A stretch of DNA of 34,395 bases, from IMG/VR virus record IMGVR_UViG_3300047560_000265, positions 1 through 34,395 of that record. One strand, given 5' to 3'. The stretch is from a virus (taxonomy: Duplodnaviria; Caudoviricetes). A program made the position numbers and the translations under genes. Position 1 is the stretch's first letter. Each line of letters begins with the position of its first letter. The notes under the pieces were generated by a model. The model worked only from the letters and a program-made list of their open reading frames with translations. It was not told the origin of the DNA and did no database searches. Positions 1 through 7,078 of this stretch are shown in pieces.

Positions 1-114
1 ATTTAGAAAGAAAGGTCTTTAGTTCGTCACATGGAGACAATAACATTGGCGCATTGGAACTTATCTCGATTGAGACAAAGTTGGTCAAGTGTGGTGCGGA
101 ACTGAGGGAGTTGA
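1..114. repeat. Terminal direct repeat, copy 1 (circular overlap)
   Basis: 1-114 (atttagaaag...gagttga) is identical to 34282-34395. Confidence 0.98.
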
Positions 115-461
115 TGAACGAGGCTCCTTCCCAACTCGGCCCGTTGTACAGTCGTTATAAAGCGATGTACTCAAAGATTCTTGATGAACAAAAGAAAGCT
201 AGGGAAAGGGACAGAAGAAACGAAAAGCAGAGGCGAATTAACCAGATTAAGACGGAAAATGACAGGGTTGACCGCTGTGTTCCGCATTGGGTAACGCTTG
301 GGCTAATCATTATCTTTTGGGTGTTTGTATGGCTAATATCGCAGAGTACGATGCAAAAATCTACTTTTGGGGGATGGTCTTATTCGCCACAGTTAGTTTT
401 ATCGCACTCCCTGCCGTTGCCTTTATCTATCTCGATAACAAGATTCTCTCTGAGCAAATGA
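3..461 (+). CDS. 3' part of a junction-spanning coiled-coil protein with a C-terminal TM segment (starts near 33939)
   Basis: Frame is continuous with the open frame 33939-34395 through the terminal repeat; charged helix followed by WVTLGLIIIFWVFVW. Confidence 0.8.
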   Translation, partial: LERKVFSSSHGDNNIGALELISIETKLVKCGAELRELMNEAPSQLGPLYSRYKAMYSKILDEQKKARERDRRNEKQRRINQIKTENDRVDRCVPHWVTLGLIIIFWVFVWLISQSTMQKSTFGGWSYSPQLVLSHSLPLPLSISITRFSLSK

Positions 462-577
462 AGGCAGACAGAAAGAAAACTGAGCAACTGAAACAGAAAC
501 TTGAAGAACAACTGAAAGAGGGTAAGAGTGAAAAACCTAGCAACAATACTAATTCTGCTGTCTCTGTTAGGGTGTGA
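329..577 (+). CDS. Small membrane protein, single TM plus coiled coil (lysis region)
   Basis: MANIAEYDAK-IYFWGMVLFATVSFIALPAVAFIYL followed by a heptad-like K/E/Q-rich tail; ATG at 329. Confidence 0.6.
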   Translation: MANIAEYDAKIYFWGMVLFATVSFIALPAVAFIYLDNKILSEQMKADRKKTEQLKQKLEEQLKEGKSEKPSNNTNSAVSVRV

Positions 578-740
578 GGAGCGTTGGAGATATTTTTGCC
601 AAGACCCAAAGAACTTCTCAGCAAAGCGCTGCCAAAGACCTGATTGCTTGTTTACTCAGGATTGTCCAGATTACTTAGTCGCACCAATACTTGAAAAACA
701 GGCGCAACAACCACAGCCTGCTGCATCGGAGCCAAAATGA
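528..740 (+). CDS. Cys-rich lipoprotein
   Basis: Signal peptide with LLGC lipobox, four further Cys, Pro/Gln tail; stop overlaps next ATG. Confidence 0.75.
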   Translation: MKNLATILILLSLLGCEERWRYFCQDPKNFSAKRCQRPDCLFTQDCPDYLVAPILEKQAQQPQPAASEPK

Positions 741-1264
741 AACATCTTGAAATTAAAAGTGTAGATGACTTAGTAAAACTAATTCAAGTTTGCGTTTGGG
801 CTGTTGTCGTAATAATCTTAATGTTTGTTTTTGGTGGAATCGTTAGTTCGTTCCTTTATTCAATCATATTTGTTGGTCAGCCAATGAAGGCTATGTCTCC
901 AATCGACCAAGCATTTACCAAGATGCTTAACGATATTGTGCTTATCATGGCTAGTTCAATCACAACTATCATCAGTATGTTTGCTGTGAATAAAGCCTCG
1001 CAAATGGTGGCAGAAAAGATTGCGCCTACTCTTGGCATACCACCTACAACACCCCCACAGCCCCAAGCCGTAGCACCTAGCGTTACCCAAGTGACTACGG
1101 CAACAGGGGTTATGCCTGACTTTAATTGGATGGGAACTGCTCCTGTTCAATTTGATGAAGAATGGAGAGCGCCGCCGCCGCCTACAACAGCGCCAGACCA
1201 TTTGCACCCAGAGAGAGAAGAAATTGCTCAAGAACGGGCTGCTGCTGAAAGGGAGAAGGAATGA
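737..1264 (+). CDS. Two-TM membrane protein with Pro-rich tail; holin candidate
   Basis: Two hydrophobic helices; coupled to the Rz-like gene; holin role is inference from position. Confidence 0.65.
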   Translation: MKHLEIKSVDDLVKLIQVCVWAVVVIILMFVFGGIVSSFLYSIIFVGQPMKAMSPIDQAFTKMLNDIVLIMASSITTIISMFAVNKASQMVAEKIAPTLGIPPTTPPQPQAVAPSVTQVTTATGVMPDFNWMGTAPVQFDEEWRAPPPPTTAPDHLHPEREEIAQERAAAEREKE

Positions 1265-1722
1265 ATAGGACTGCTATTACCATTTTGGCAACATTGCTTG
1301 TTATATTTGGAATCTACCGCTATGGATTTAGCAGCGGATGGGATAAGAGAGATGCTGAGATGCAAGCTGAGATTGCTCGGTTAAATGAGGAATCTCGTGC
1401 CAAAGAACAGAAACTTGCCCAAGACTTAAACAACACATCTTCACAACTGAGAGAGGCTAACGATGTTGTCACTAAAAAACAAACTGATTTGGATGCTGCC
1501 ATTCGTGCTGGTCGGGTGCGGCTCAACTCCTCAAGTTGCGTACAAGCCGCCACAAGTGCCGCCTCTGCCAGCGGAAATCAAACCGAAGCAAGCGAATCTG
1601 AGCGAGAGACTCTCCGACTTATTGCTCAACTCGCAGCAGAAGGGGACAGGGCAATCAACGAACTCAACGCCTGTATCGCAGCCTACAACCAAGTAAGGGA
1701 CACGATAAATGGTCAACGCTGA
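1261..1722 (+). CDS. Rz: Rz-like inner-membrane spanin
   Basis: N-terminal TM, long coiled coil, IRAGRVRL and GDRAINELNACIAAY motifs; next to endolysin. Confidence 0.88.
   Translation: MNRTAITILATLLVIFGIYRYGFSSGWDKRDAEMQAEIARLNEESRAKEQKLAQDLNNTSSQLREANDVVTKKQTDLDAAIRAGRVRLNSSSCVQAATSAASASGNQTEASESERETLRLIAQLAAEGDRAINELNACIAAYNQVRDTINGQR
1463..1696 (+). CDS. Rz1: Rz1-like outer-membrane lipoprotein spanin nested in Rz
   Basis: +1 frame inside Rz; LVGC lipobox; Pro-rich PPQVPPLPAEI segment. Confidence 0.82.
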   Translation: MLSLKNKLIWMLPFVLVGCGSTPQVAYKPPQVPPLPAEIKPKQANLSERLSDLLLNSQQKGTGQSTNSTPVSQPTTK

Positions 1723-2329
1723 ACAACTGGCAAAACTCCATATCGGTGCTGAATGGGTTGATGCGCTTAACGAGACTTTCCACAGATTTAATATCGACAC
1801 TAAGCGCAAGCAAGCCGCATTTATTGGTCAATGCTCACATGAGTGCGGTAACTTCAGAATCTTGGAAGAAAACCTAAACTATCGTGCCGCAACTTTAATG
1901 AAACTGTGGCCTAAACGCTTTCCAACTCAAGAGATTGCCAACAGCTACGAGAAAAACCCTAAAAAGATTGCCAACATGGTTTATGCCTCTCGCATGGGAA
2001 ATCGTGACGAGGCTTCTGGAGATGGGTATCGTTTCCGAGGCCGTGGTTGTATCCAATTGACAGGGCATAGTAACTATTTTCACGCCGGCAAAGCGCTCGG
2101 AGTTGACTTCGTGATGGAGCCTGACCTTGTGGCAACTCCTAAGTATGCCGCCCTAACTGCTGGTTGGTTTTGGTCAACCCACAACTGTAACGAGCTTGCA
2201 GAGAACGGAACGCCTTTGGACTCGGCTGGAGAATCCACTTGGGCTAACCTAACCAAAAAAATCAATGGCGGGACTATTGGTCAAGCGGATAGGATAAAGC
2301 ATATCCGTGAGGCTCTAGCCGTTCTCTGA
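1709..2329 (+). CDS. Endolysin, glycoside hydrolase family 19 (chitinase-like)
   Basis: AAFIGQCSHEC, ENLNY, DGYRFRGRGCIQLTG..NY and TKKINGG motifs. Confidence 0.95.
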   Translation: MVNAEQLAKLHIGAEWVDALNETFHRFNIDTKRKQAAFIGQCSHECGNFRILEENLNYRAATLMKLWPKRFPTQEIANSYEKNPKKIANMVYASRMGNRDEASGDGYRFRGRGCIQLTGHSNYFHAGKALGVDFVMEPDLVATPKYAALTAGWFWSTHNCNELAENGTPLDSAGESTWANLTKKINGGTIGQADRIKHIREALAVL

Positions 2330-2459
2330 TGCTTTCAACGGCTAGGATGTAACCCTGAATAAAGAACTCACGCTCTGTCGGGGTGCACTTTGTCCCGCCC
2401 AACATCGTCTCTAGGGCTTTCTGGGCTTGTAGGTAAGTCTGTTTTGTCTGGCTTATCAT
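2274..2459 (-). CDS. Hypothetical protein, end of the leftward operon
   Basis: 61-aa ORF with a plausible amphipathic helix; overlaps the endolysin 3' end convergently. Confidence 0.45.
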   Translation of the reverse strand: MISQTKQTYLQAQKALETMLGGTKCTPTEREFFIQGYILAVESIRERLEPHGYALSYPLDQ

Positions 2460-2547
2460 CTAAGTCCCTGCCAAATATTGCATCCCAACGAGAATTATAT
2501 TCTTCCTGAGAAACGCTGATTGGGCGTGGTGCGCTGCCTTTACTCAT
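2368..2547 (-). CDS. Small conserved phage hypothetical protein
   Basis: MSKGSAPRPISVSQEEYNSRWDAIFG resembles a recurrent small phage protein N-terminus. Confidence 0.65.
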   Translation of the reverse strand: MSKGSAPRPISVSQEEYNSRWDAIFGRDLDDKPDKTDLPTSPESPRDDVGRDKVHPDRA

Positions 2548-2644
2548 TTGATGCACTCCAAATCGCCATGAGAGCGATAAATATCAATCCAACTATAAGA
2601 GCGCCCAAACCAAGAATCGTTACAAGAATCAAGATATTCGTCAT
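2540..2644 (-). CDS. 34-aa single-TM peptide (not in ORF track)
   Basis: MTNILILVTILGLGALIVGLIFIALMAIWSASNE; GGGGAG SD upstream. Confidence 0.5.
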   Translation of the reverse strand: MTNILILVTILGLGALIVGLIFIALMAIWSASNE

Positions 2645-2683
2645 ACAACTCCCCTATGAGAATCACTCCCAAGACTAAGAAAA

Positions 2684-2977
2684 TCATTTAGCCACCATCA
2701 CTCTCTGTTGTCTACCTGACTTTCCTACCCTTGTGCCGTTTATCTGAATAAAGCCTTTGTCTAAAAGCGCCTTGTATCTTGCCGTTATCGAGGAATACGG
2801 CATAGATGGGAACATCTCTAGAATCTGGTCGCTGATGCAACCAGCCTCGCCAAAGCCTTTAATCGCCTCATAGACGAGCTTTTCGAGCCTTGAGGTGTCA
2901 ACCTTCTCAGCCGCCTCAAAAGAGGTTTGTGGGTCGTTTTTACGAAACAATTTACCGAAAAATGTGCCAAATTCCAT
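2684..2977 (-). CDS. Winged-helix DNA-binding protein
   Basis: RKNDPQTSFEAA N-terminus; helix SSITARYKALLDKGFI plus wing GTRVGKSGRQQRVM. Confidence 0.75.
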   Translation of the reverse strand: MEFGTFFGKLFRKNDPQTSFEAAEKVDTSRLEKLVYEAIKGFGEAGCISDQILEMFPSMPYSSITARYKALLDKGFIQINGTRVGKSGRQQRVMVAK

Positions 2978-3012
2978 GTGTCTTACTCCGTCTTAAGTTG
3001 GCTTGAATTTTC

Positions 3013-3243
3013 TCAAAAATCTATATCTTCGTCTTTAGGAAAATCGTTTTTTTCTTTGGGTTGGTTCAGATAACACCAACCAGACCAACCACCCTCAACC
3101 ACGGGAACTTGGTCAATCTTGAGCATTGGCCCGTTCTTTGTCTCGATGACTGAGCCGATTCGCTGATAGCGGTTCTTTTCCTGACCTTCAGAATTTGTGT
3201 ATTTGCCCACGATTGTGGAGACTTCATATTGTGTTTTAGCCAT
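3013..3243 (-). CDS. Small SSB-like protein
   Basis: Beta-rich core, acidic C-terminus DEDIDF, adjacent to exonuclease and ERF. Confidence 0.7.
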   Translation of the reverse strand: MAKTQYEVSTIVGKYTNSEGQEKNRYQRIGSVIETKNGPMLKIDQVPVVEGGWSGWCYLNQPKEKNDFPKDEDIDF

Positions 3244-3859
3244 TGTTTTCTTTCAGCTTGTTAAGTTTCTCGATTTTGTCATTCAGTTCTTTCAGGAACT
3301 TTATAACTTCTTCCTCAAGCATTTTGATGTAAACATCATCACGCTCAATCCTTTTAATGAAAATTTGCAGTTCTTCAGGAAGCCTGTTGTCAAAGCTAAC
3401 GAAATCGCACCATTGTCGACCTGTGCAAGCCATTTGCCATTGCATTTGGGTGATGTACTTGCCTGGCACAGTTTGGGTCAATAAAGTGTCAATATGTGTT
3501 GCAGTATTGGGACACTTTATCTCTACCAAACCATCCTCTCCTACAAGTCCATCAGGTGAAGCGCCAGCGTTTTCAATTGTTGGGTGACTAATCATTGCCA
3601 CTTCGTCAACCAAAACATCAGCTTTACTTTCATAAGCCGCACGAGCTAACGGCTCAGTCTCAGTCCCGTGAGCCATTGCTGCGTTTGTGAAAGACTCTGC
3701 CACAGTACCTGTAAGGCGCTCACAGACCAACTGAGCAATGTAGTTATCTCGGCTAGTTGAATAGCCTGTTTTAGTCTTGGCAATCACATCAGCTACTCGG
3801 CTTGCGGTTACTTTACCGAGGCGCTGTGCGAACCATTCTGGTGTTCCCTGTTCAATCAT
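3236..3859 (-). CDS. YqaJ-like (lambda exo-type) recombination exonuclease
   Basis: EQGTPEWFAQRLGKVTAS, GASPDGLV, EIKCP, QMQWQM; likely start at MIEQ (3859). Confidence 0.95.
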   Translation of the reverse strand: MIEQGTPEWFAQRLGKVTASRVADVIAKTKTGYSTSRDNYIAQLVCERLTGTVAESFTNAAMAHGTETEPLARAAYESKADVLVDEVAMISHPTIENAGASPDGLVGEDGLVEIKCPNTATHIDTLLTQTVPGKYITQMQWQMACTGRQWCDFVSFDNRLPEELQIFIKRIERDDVYIKMLEEEVIKFLKELNDKIEKLNKLKENNG

Positions 3860-4038
3860 TCTTGTATCTCCAAAAATGTTTCTGGTTCCGTATATCCAAA
3901 TGCGTTGTCTGTACAAAACATTTCTAATTTGTCTTTTAATTTTTCGTTAATAATATCTCTAAGAGTATGATGATTTGCATCTGTCCTTACAGAAATATGC
4001 GCCTCAAATACGACTTTGATGGTTTCAAACTTCTTCAT
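3856..4038 (-). CDS. Hypothetical protein
   Basis: 60-aa ORF with ATGA coupling on both sides. Confidence 0.6.
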   Translation of the reverse strand: MKKFETIKVVFEAHISVRTDANHHTLRDIINEKLKDKLEMFCTDNAFGYTEPETFLEIQE

Positions 4039-4589
4039 GCCAAACTCGCTTTCTTTTCATCTTTAGTTGCAATGATTTTCTTCTGCCAGTTGGCATCAGT
4101 CCCACAAGCCTTGTAAGCCGCTGTGTAAGCTGCCTTCAGTTCGTCAGAGTCTTTTGCGTCTTGGATAGCAATCAGGTGGTCAGCCATTGCGCTTGAATCC
4201 ACAGTTGTCTTTTTAGGTCTGACAGCAGCCTCACCATCGTCATCTTCTGGCGCGATACCGCAAGCCGCCATTAGTGATGCTCTGCGACCATAAGTCAAAG
4301 CTGACATAAAACCTTGTGGGTCGTTCTTTTGTGCGGGAAAGAACAAGCAACCACACTCCAACATCTCACCTGATTCGTGGACAAACACAGTCTCAACCAT
4401 GATGCCATTCTGGTGGTCGTAATTCTTCTGAAGCAAGAAGATGCCATTGTTGTTTAATGCGTCAATCACAGCCTCAACGCAGTTTGAGAGATTTGCGTAT
4501 TTGCTACGGAAGTGTGGATTAGTTGCAGTCTTGAGTGCAGGGCCAAATTCTTTTTGTGCTTTGACCAAAGCTGTTGCGATGTTTTTCAT
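4035..4589 (-). CDS. erf: ERF-family single-strand annealing protein
   Basis: NPHFRSKYA, HESGE, PQGFMSALTYGRR..L.AACGIAPEDDDG motifs. Confidence 0.93.
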   Translation of the reverse strand: MKNIATALVKAQKEFGPALKTATNPHFRSKYANLSNCVEAVIDALNNNGIFLLQKNYDHQNGIMVETVFVHESGEMLECGCLFFPAQKNDPQGFMSALTYGRRASLMAACGIAPEDDDGEAAVRPKKTTVDSSAMADHLIAIQDAKDSDELKAAYTAAYKACGTDANWQKKIIATKDEKKASLA

Positions 4590-4777
4590 TTTGCACCCCA
4601 CACGAAAATGTCCAAGATAACAACAGCGAAAGCCACCAAGCTGACAGCAATCATTACTTTGTCAACGATAGGCATTGTGTCGCTTGGAACTTCTATTGCT
4701 GCGCCATTCTCAAGTGTGGCAGGAAACGCCTCATTGAGTGTGCGTGGGAAAGTGCGGGTGGTGTCATTGATTTCCAT
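4586..4777 (-). CDS. Small protein with C-terminal TM segment
   Basis: TTRTFPRTLNEAFP motif, hydrophobic tail, strong AAGGAG SD. Confidence 0.75.
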   Translation of the reverse strand: MEINDTTRTFPRTLNEAFPATLENGAAIEVPSDTMPIVDKVMIAVSLVAFAVVILDIFVWGAK

Positions 4778-4845
4778 AATTACTCCTTAAAAGACCTTCG
4801 TTGAAGGCATGACTAGATATTACTTGATTCCAGCTTATGTGTGAC
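4778..4845 (-). promoter_or_regulatory. Leftward promoter plus hairpin leader, copy 2
   Basis: Minus strand: GTCACA-17-TAATAT, then GCCTTC-AAC-GAAGGT hairpin and CTTTTAAGGAG. Confidence 0.65.
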
Positions 4846-5004
4846 CATAAAGCCAAAAATAAATCCGATTGCTGTTGTCAAAATGCGACATTCCATTGTC
4901 CACTCAGCAGGGTTAAAGCTAACCGAGATGAATGAACCGATGAGATAGAAGAACGCAAGAGTCACAGCGAACGGGAGCAGGGTTAGGGCGATTGTCTTTA
5001 TCAC
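4813..5004 (-). CDS. Two-TM small membrane protein
   Basis: Two hydrophobic helices linked by SFNPAEW; GGAGA SD. Confidence 0.7.
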   Translation of the reverse strand: MIKTIALTLLPFAVTLAFFYLIGSFISVSFNPAEWTMECRILTTAIGFIFGFMVTHKLESSNI

Positions 5005-5021
5005 GGCGTTTTCTCCAACCT

Positions 5022-5276
5022 TTAGCGATAAACATTATCAAGAGCCTTCAAATTGAGAGTGTCGATTGCGTAATCAATCTCTCGCTGAATTGCATCGTCT
5101 TTCTGATACTTTGTATATTGGCGCTCAAAGTCCTCGATGACGCTTTCAGAGAGAAGGTTGTAAATGCAATCTTCAGAATTGATGTAGACATTCCACAAGC
5201 TACCTGTGTACTGTTCAAAGTGACACACGAACTTAGCGCTGGAATCGTGGTGGGTGAGGGTAAGAATATCAAACAT
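5022..5276 (-). CDS. Acidic hypothetical protein, first gene of the leftward operon
   Basis: 84-aa ORF directly behind a promoter and TAAGGAG SD. Confidence 0.75.
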   Translation of the reverse strand: MFDILTLTHHDSSAKFVCHFEQYTGSLWNVYINSEDCIYNLLSESVIEDFERQYTKYQKDDAIQREIDYAIDTLNLKALDNVYR

Positions 5277-5345
5277 GGTTTCTCCTTAAAAGACCCTCAC
5301 AGCGAGGGCATGAATAAATCATAAGACAAAAACAACGCCTTGCAA
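5277..5345 (-). promoter_or_regulatory. Main leftward promoter plus hairpin leader, copy 1
   Basis: Minus strand: TTGCAA-16-TATGAT, then GCCCTC-GCTGT-GAGGGT hairpin and CTTTTAAGGAG. Confidence 0.72.
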
Positions 5346-5408
5346 AAATATTTTTAGTGTGTTGTAAAAACCAAACAGTTTTGTCTCCTTTTTGATACAC
5401 AATAAATT

Positions 5409-5618
5409 ATGTACTTCCCAAAATGCTTTCCTGACCACAAAACTTATAGAGAATGGGTTGGTTACGCCAAACAAGCAAGAGAGAATGTTTCTCCCTGCGA
5501 GGACTGTCTTGTTTCTTATGAACTCAAGATGAAATCGCAGGGTAGATGCGAGAGGAATTGGTTAACAAAAAACTTAGTCATTGGCAGAAAATCACTATCC
5601 CAAGGAATGTTTGAATGA
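5409..5618 (+). CDS. Small Cys-containing (putative metal-binding) protein, first rightward gene
   Basis: C...CEDC...C pattern; ATGA-coupled to next gene; no obvious SD. Confidence 0.65.
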   Translation: MYFPKCFPDHKTYREWVGYAKQARENVSPCEDCLVSYELKMKSQGRCERNWLTKNLVIGRKSLSQGMFE

Positions 5619-5995
5619 AACTTAGAAACGCTCACAAAGACCTACTAAAACGCCTGACCTATGGCCCGAAATCCACAAAGTCTTTTACTCACGGAGACTC
5701 AGGAAACAGCCAGCTTGGTGTTCACTTTCAGAGATACCTAGACGAAATGGCGCAACAGGGTCTCGTTGTTGTAATTTCGCAACACGGCGAAGATTTGTGG
5801 CATATCACAGAGCATGGCAGAAAGAATCTCGATGCTCCGAAGGTGGCGACAACGAGAAAAATCGTAGCTGGCACGACTGTCGGTGATTACGATGGTAGAG
5901 AATTGACTAGGACTTGTCAGCGACCTGGTGCGTATGACTTTCTAGCCTATCCCTCGCTCATGGGTGATGAGCGTATTTACATAGGTGTTTTATGA
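5615..5995 (+). CDS. Putative winged-helix protein
   Basis: LDEMAQQGLV...WHITEHGR is wHTH-like; C-terminal RPGAYDFLAYPSLMG. Confidence 0.65.
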   Translation: MKLRNAHKDLLKRLTYGPKSTKSFTHGDSGNSQLGVHFQRYLDEMAQQGLVVVISQHGEDLWHITEHGRKNLDAPKVATTRKIVAGTTVGDYDGRELTRTCQRPGAYDFLAYPSLMGDERIYIGVL

Positions 5996-6141
5996 AAACT
6001 TTGATTGGAATCTCACTAGCCTTGGCTTCTTTTGTCGCTCAGGCTCAATTCTCAACTCATACATACATGGTTGGAAACAAAATGGTTACTTGCACGACCA
6101 CCTGTTCTGGCCCTAATATGTGTACCACGAGCTGTTTCTGA
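5992..6141 (+). CDS. 49-aa secreted Cys-rich peptide (not in ORF track)
   Basis: MKTLIGISLALASFVAQA-QFSTHTYMVGNKMVTCTTTCSGPNMCTTSCF; AGGTG SD and ATGA coupling. Confidence 0.75.
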   Translation: MKTLIGISLALASFVAQAQFSTHTYMVGNKMVTCTTTCSGPNMCTTSCF

Positions 6142-6149
6142 TGTATTAT

Positions 6150-6270
6150 TAGAGCGTTGCTGGGGAGCAATGTTCTAGTAAGCCCACAAGGGCAGTCTGC
6201 ATCGTACTAGCGGTGTCTCCCCACGGCGAAAGCCGAGACTGTCCCTGTGGGCTTTTTTGCTGGGGAGCAA
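6150..6270 (+). ncRNA. C4-type antisense RNA with upstream and downstream target sites
   Basis: 19-bp outer stem 6180-6198/6236-6254 with two inner hairpins; exposed TACTAG and CTCCCCA are complementary to CTAGTA (6175) and TGGGGAG (6161, 6261). Confidence 0.8.
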
Positions 6271-6272
6271 AT

Positions 6273-6764
6273 ATGTTGACACAAGAAAGATTGAAAGAGT
6301 TGTTTGATTACAACAATGGACAATTGATTAGAAAAACTAATCGTGGTCGTAGTGGTGTAGGAAATAGATGGAAAGCAGGTACTGTTTTAGGATGGGTTGC
6401 AGATAATGGTTATATTGAAGGAAGTGTTGATTTCGTAACATACAAAATGCACAGACTTGTTTGGTTGTGGCATAAAGGAAGTTTTCCAAATCTGCATATT
6501 GACCACATAGATGGTAATCCTTCAAACAATAGAATAGAAAATTTGAGAGAAGTAACTTGTGCACAAAATATGCAAAATCAAAGGAAACCAAGAATTACTA
6601 ATAAACTTGGTTATCAGGGTGTGTATCAAGTAAACAACAAATTTCGAGCTACTTTGACAACAAATGGTAAAAACAAACATATCGGATATTTTGATACACC
6701 AGAACAAGCTCACAATGCTTATATTATTGAAAAGCGAAAGATTCACAAGTTTTCAACTATTTAA
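6273..6764 (+). CDS. HNH homing endonuclease with AP2-like C-terminus
   Basis: MLTQERLKELF, HRLVW, IDHIDGNPSNNRIENLR, IGYFDTPEQAHNAY; ATG 6273 preferred over 6213. Confidence 0.92.
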   Translation: MLTQERLKELFDYNNGQLIRKTNRGRSGVGNRWKAGTVLGWVADNGYIEGSVDFVTYKMHRLVWLWHKGSFPNLHIDHIDGNPSNNRIENLREVTCAQNMQNQRKPRITNKLGYQGVYQVNNKFRATLTTNGKNKHIGYFDTPEQAHNAYIIEKRKIHKFSTI

Positions 6765-6772
6765 GGAAAAAA

Positions 6773-7078
6773 ATGTCATACGCAGACTATGAGATGAAAA
6801 TTATTCAATGGGGTGAAAAAAGACAGATTGTCCAAAACTCTACCCCAGAGGCACAAGCCACAAAGACCCAAGAAGAACTCAACGAGCTTATCGAGGCCAT
6901 TAAATCTGGAGATAGGGCGGCTATGGCTGATGCCTACGGAGACATTCTGGTGACTTTAGTCATGGGCTGCGCCTGTGCGGATTTAGACCTTGTGGAGTGC
7001 TTCAAAGGCGCTTATGAGGAAATCAAAGACCGCAAAGGCTATCTTGGGGCTGACGGAATCTTTGTGAAAGAGGTATAA
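6773..7078 (+). CDS. MazG-like NTP pyrophosphohydrolase
   Basis: KTQEELNEL...DAYGDILVTL, AYEEIKDRKG..GIFVKE. Confidence 0.88.
   Translation: MSYADYEMKIIQWGEKRQIVQNSTPEAQATKTQEELNELIEAIKSGDRAAMADAYGDILVTLVMGCACADLDLVECFKGAYEEIKDRKGYLGADGIFVKEV

Noticed and set aside
1-114. Terminal repeat as a physical genome end or att site
   Set aside because: It falls mid-gene and is best explained as assembly overlap of a circular or permuted genome
2544-2687. 47-aa minus-strand ORF MIFLVLGVILIGELY...
   Set aside because: ATGA-coupled at both ends and so possible, but it overlaps the SD-supported 2540-2644 peptide; cannot decide from sequence
6213-6272. N-terminal extensions from the ORF track (6213, 9980, 17129, 3916, 4601)
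   Set aside because: They overlap RNA structure or upstream genes; downstream ATGs have better SD, coupling or family-typical starts
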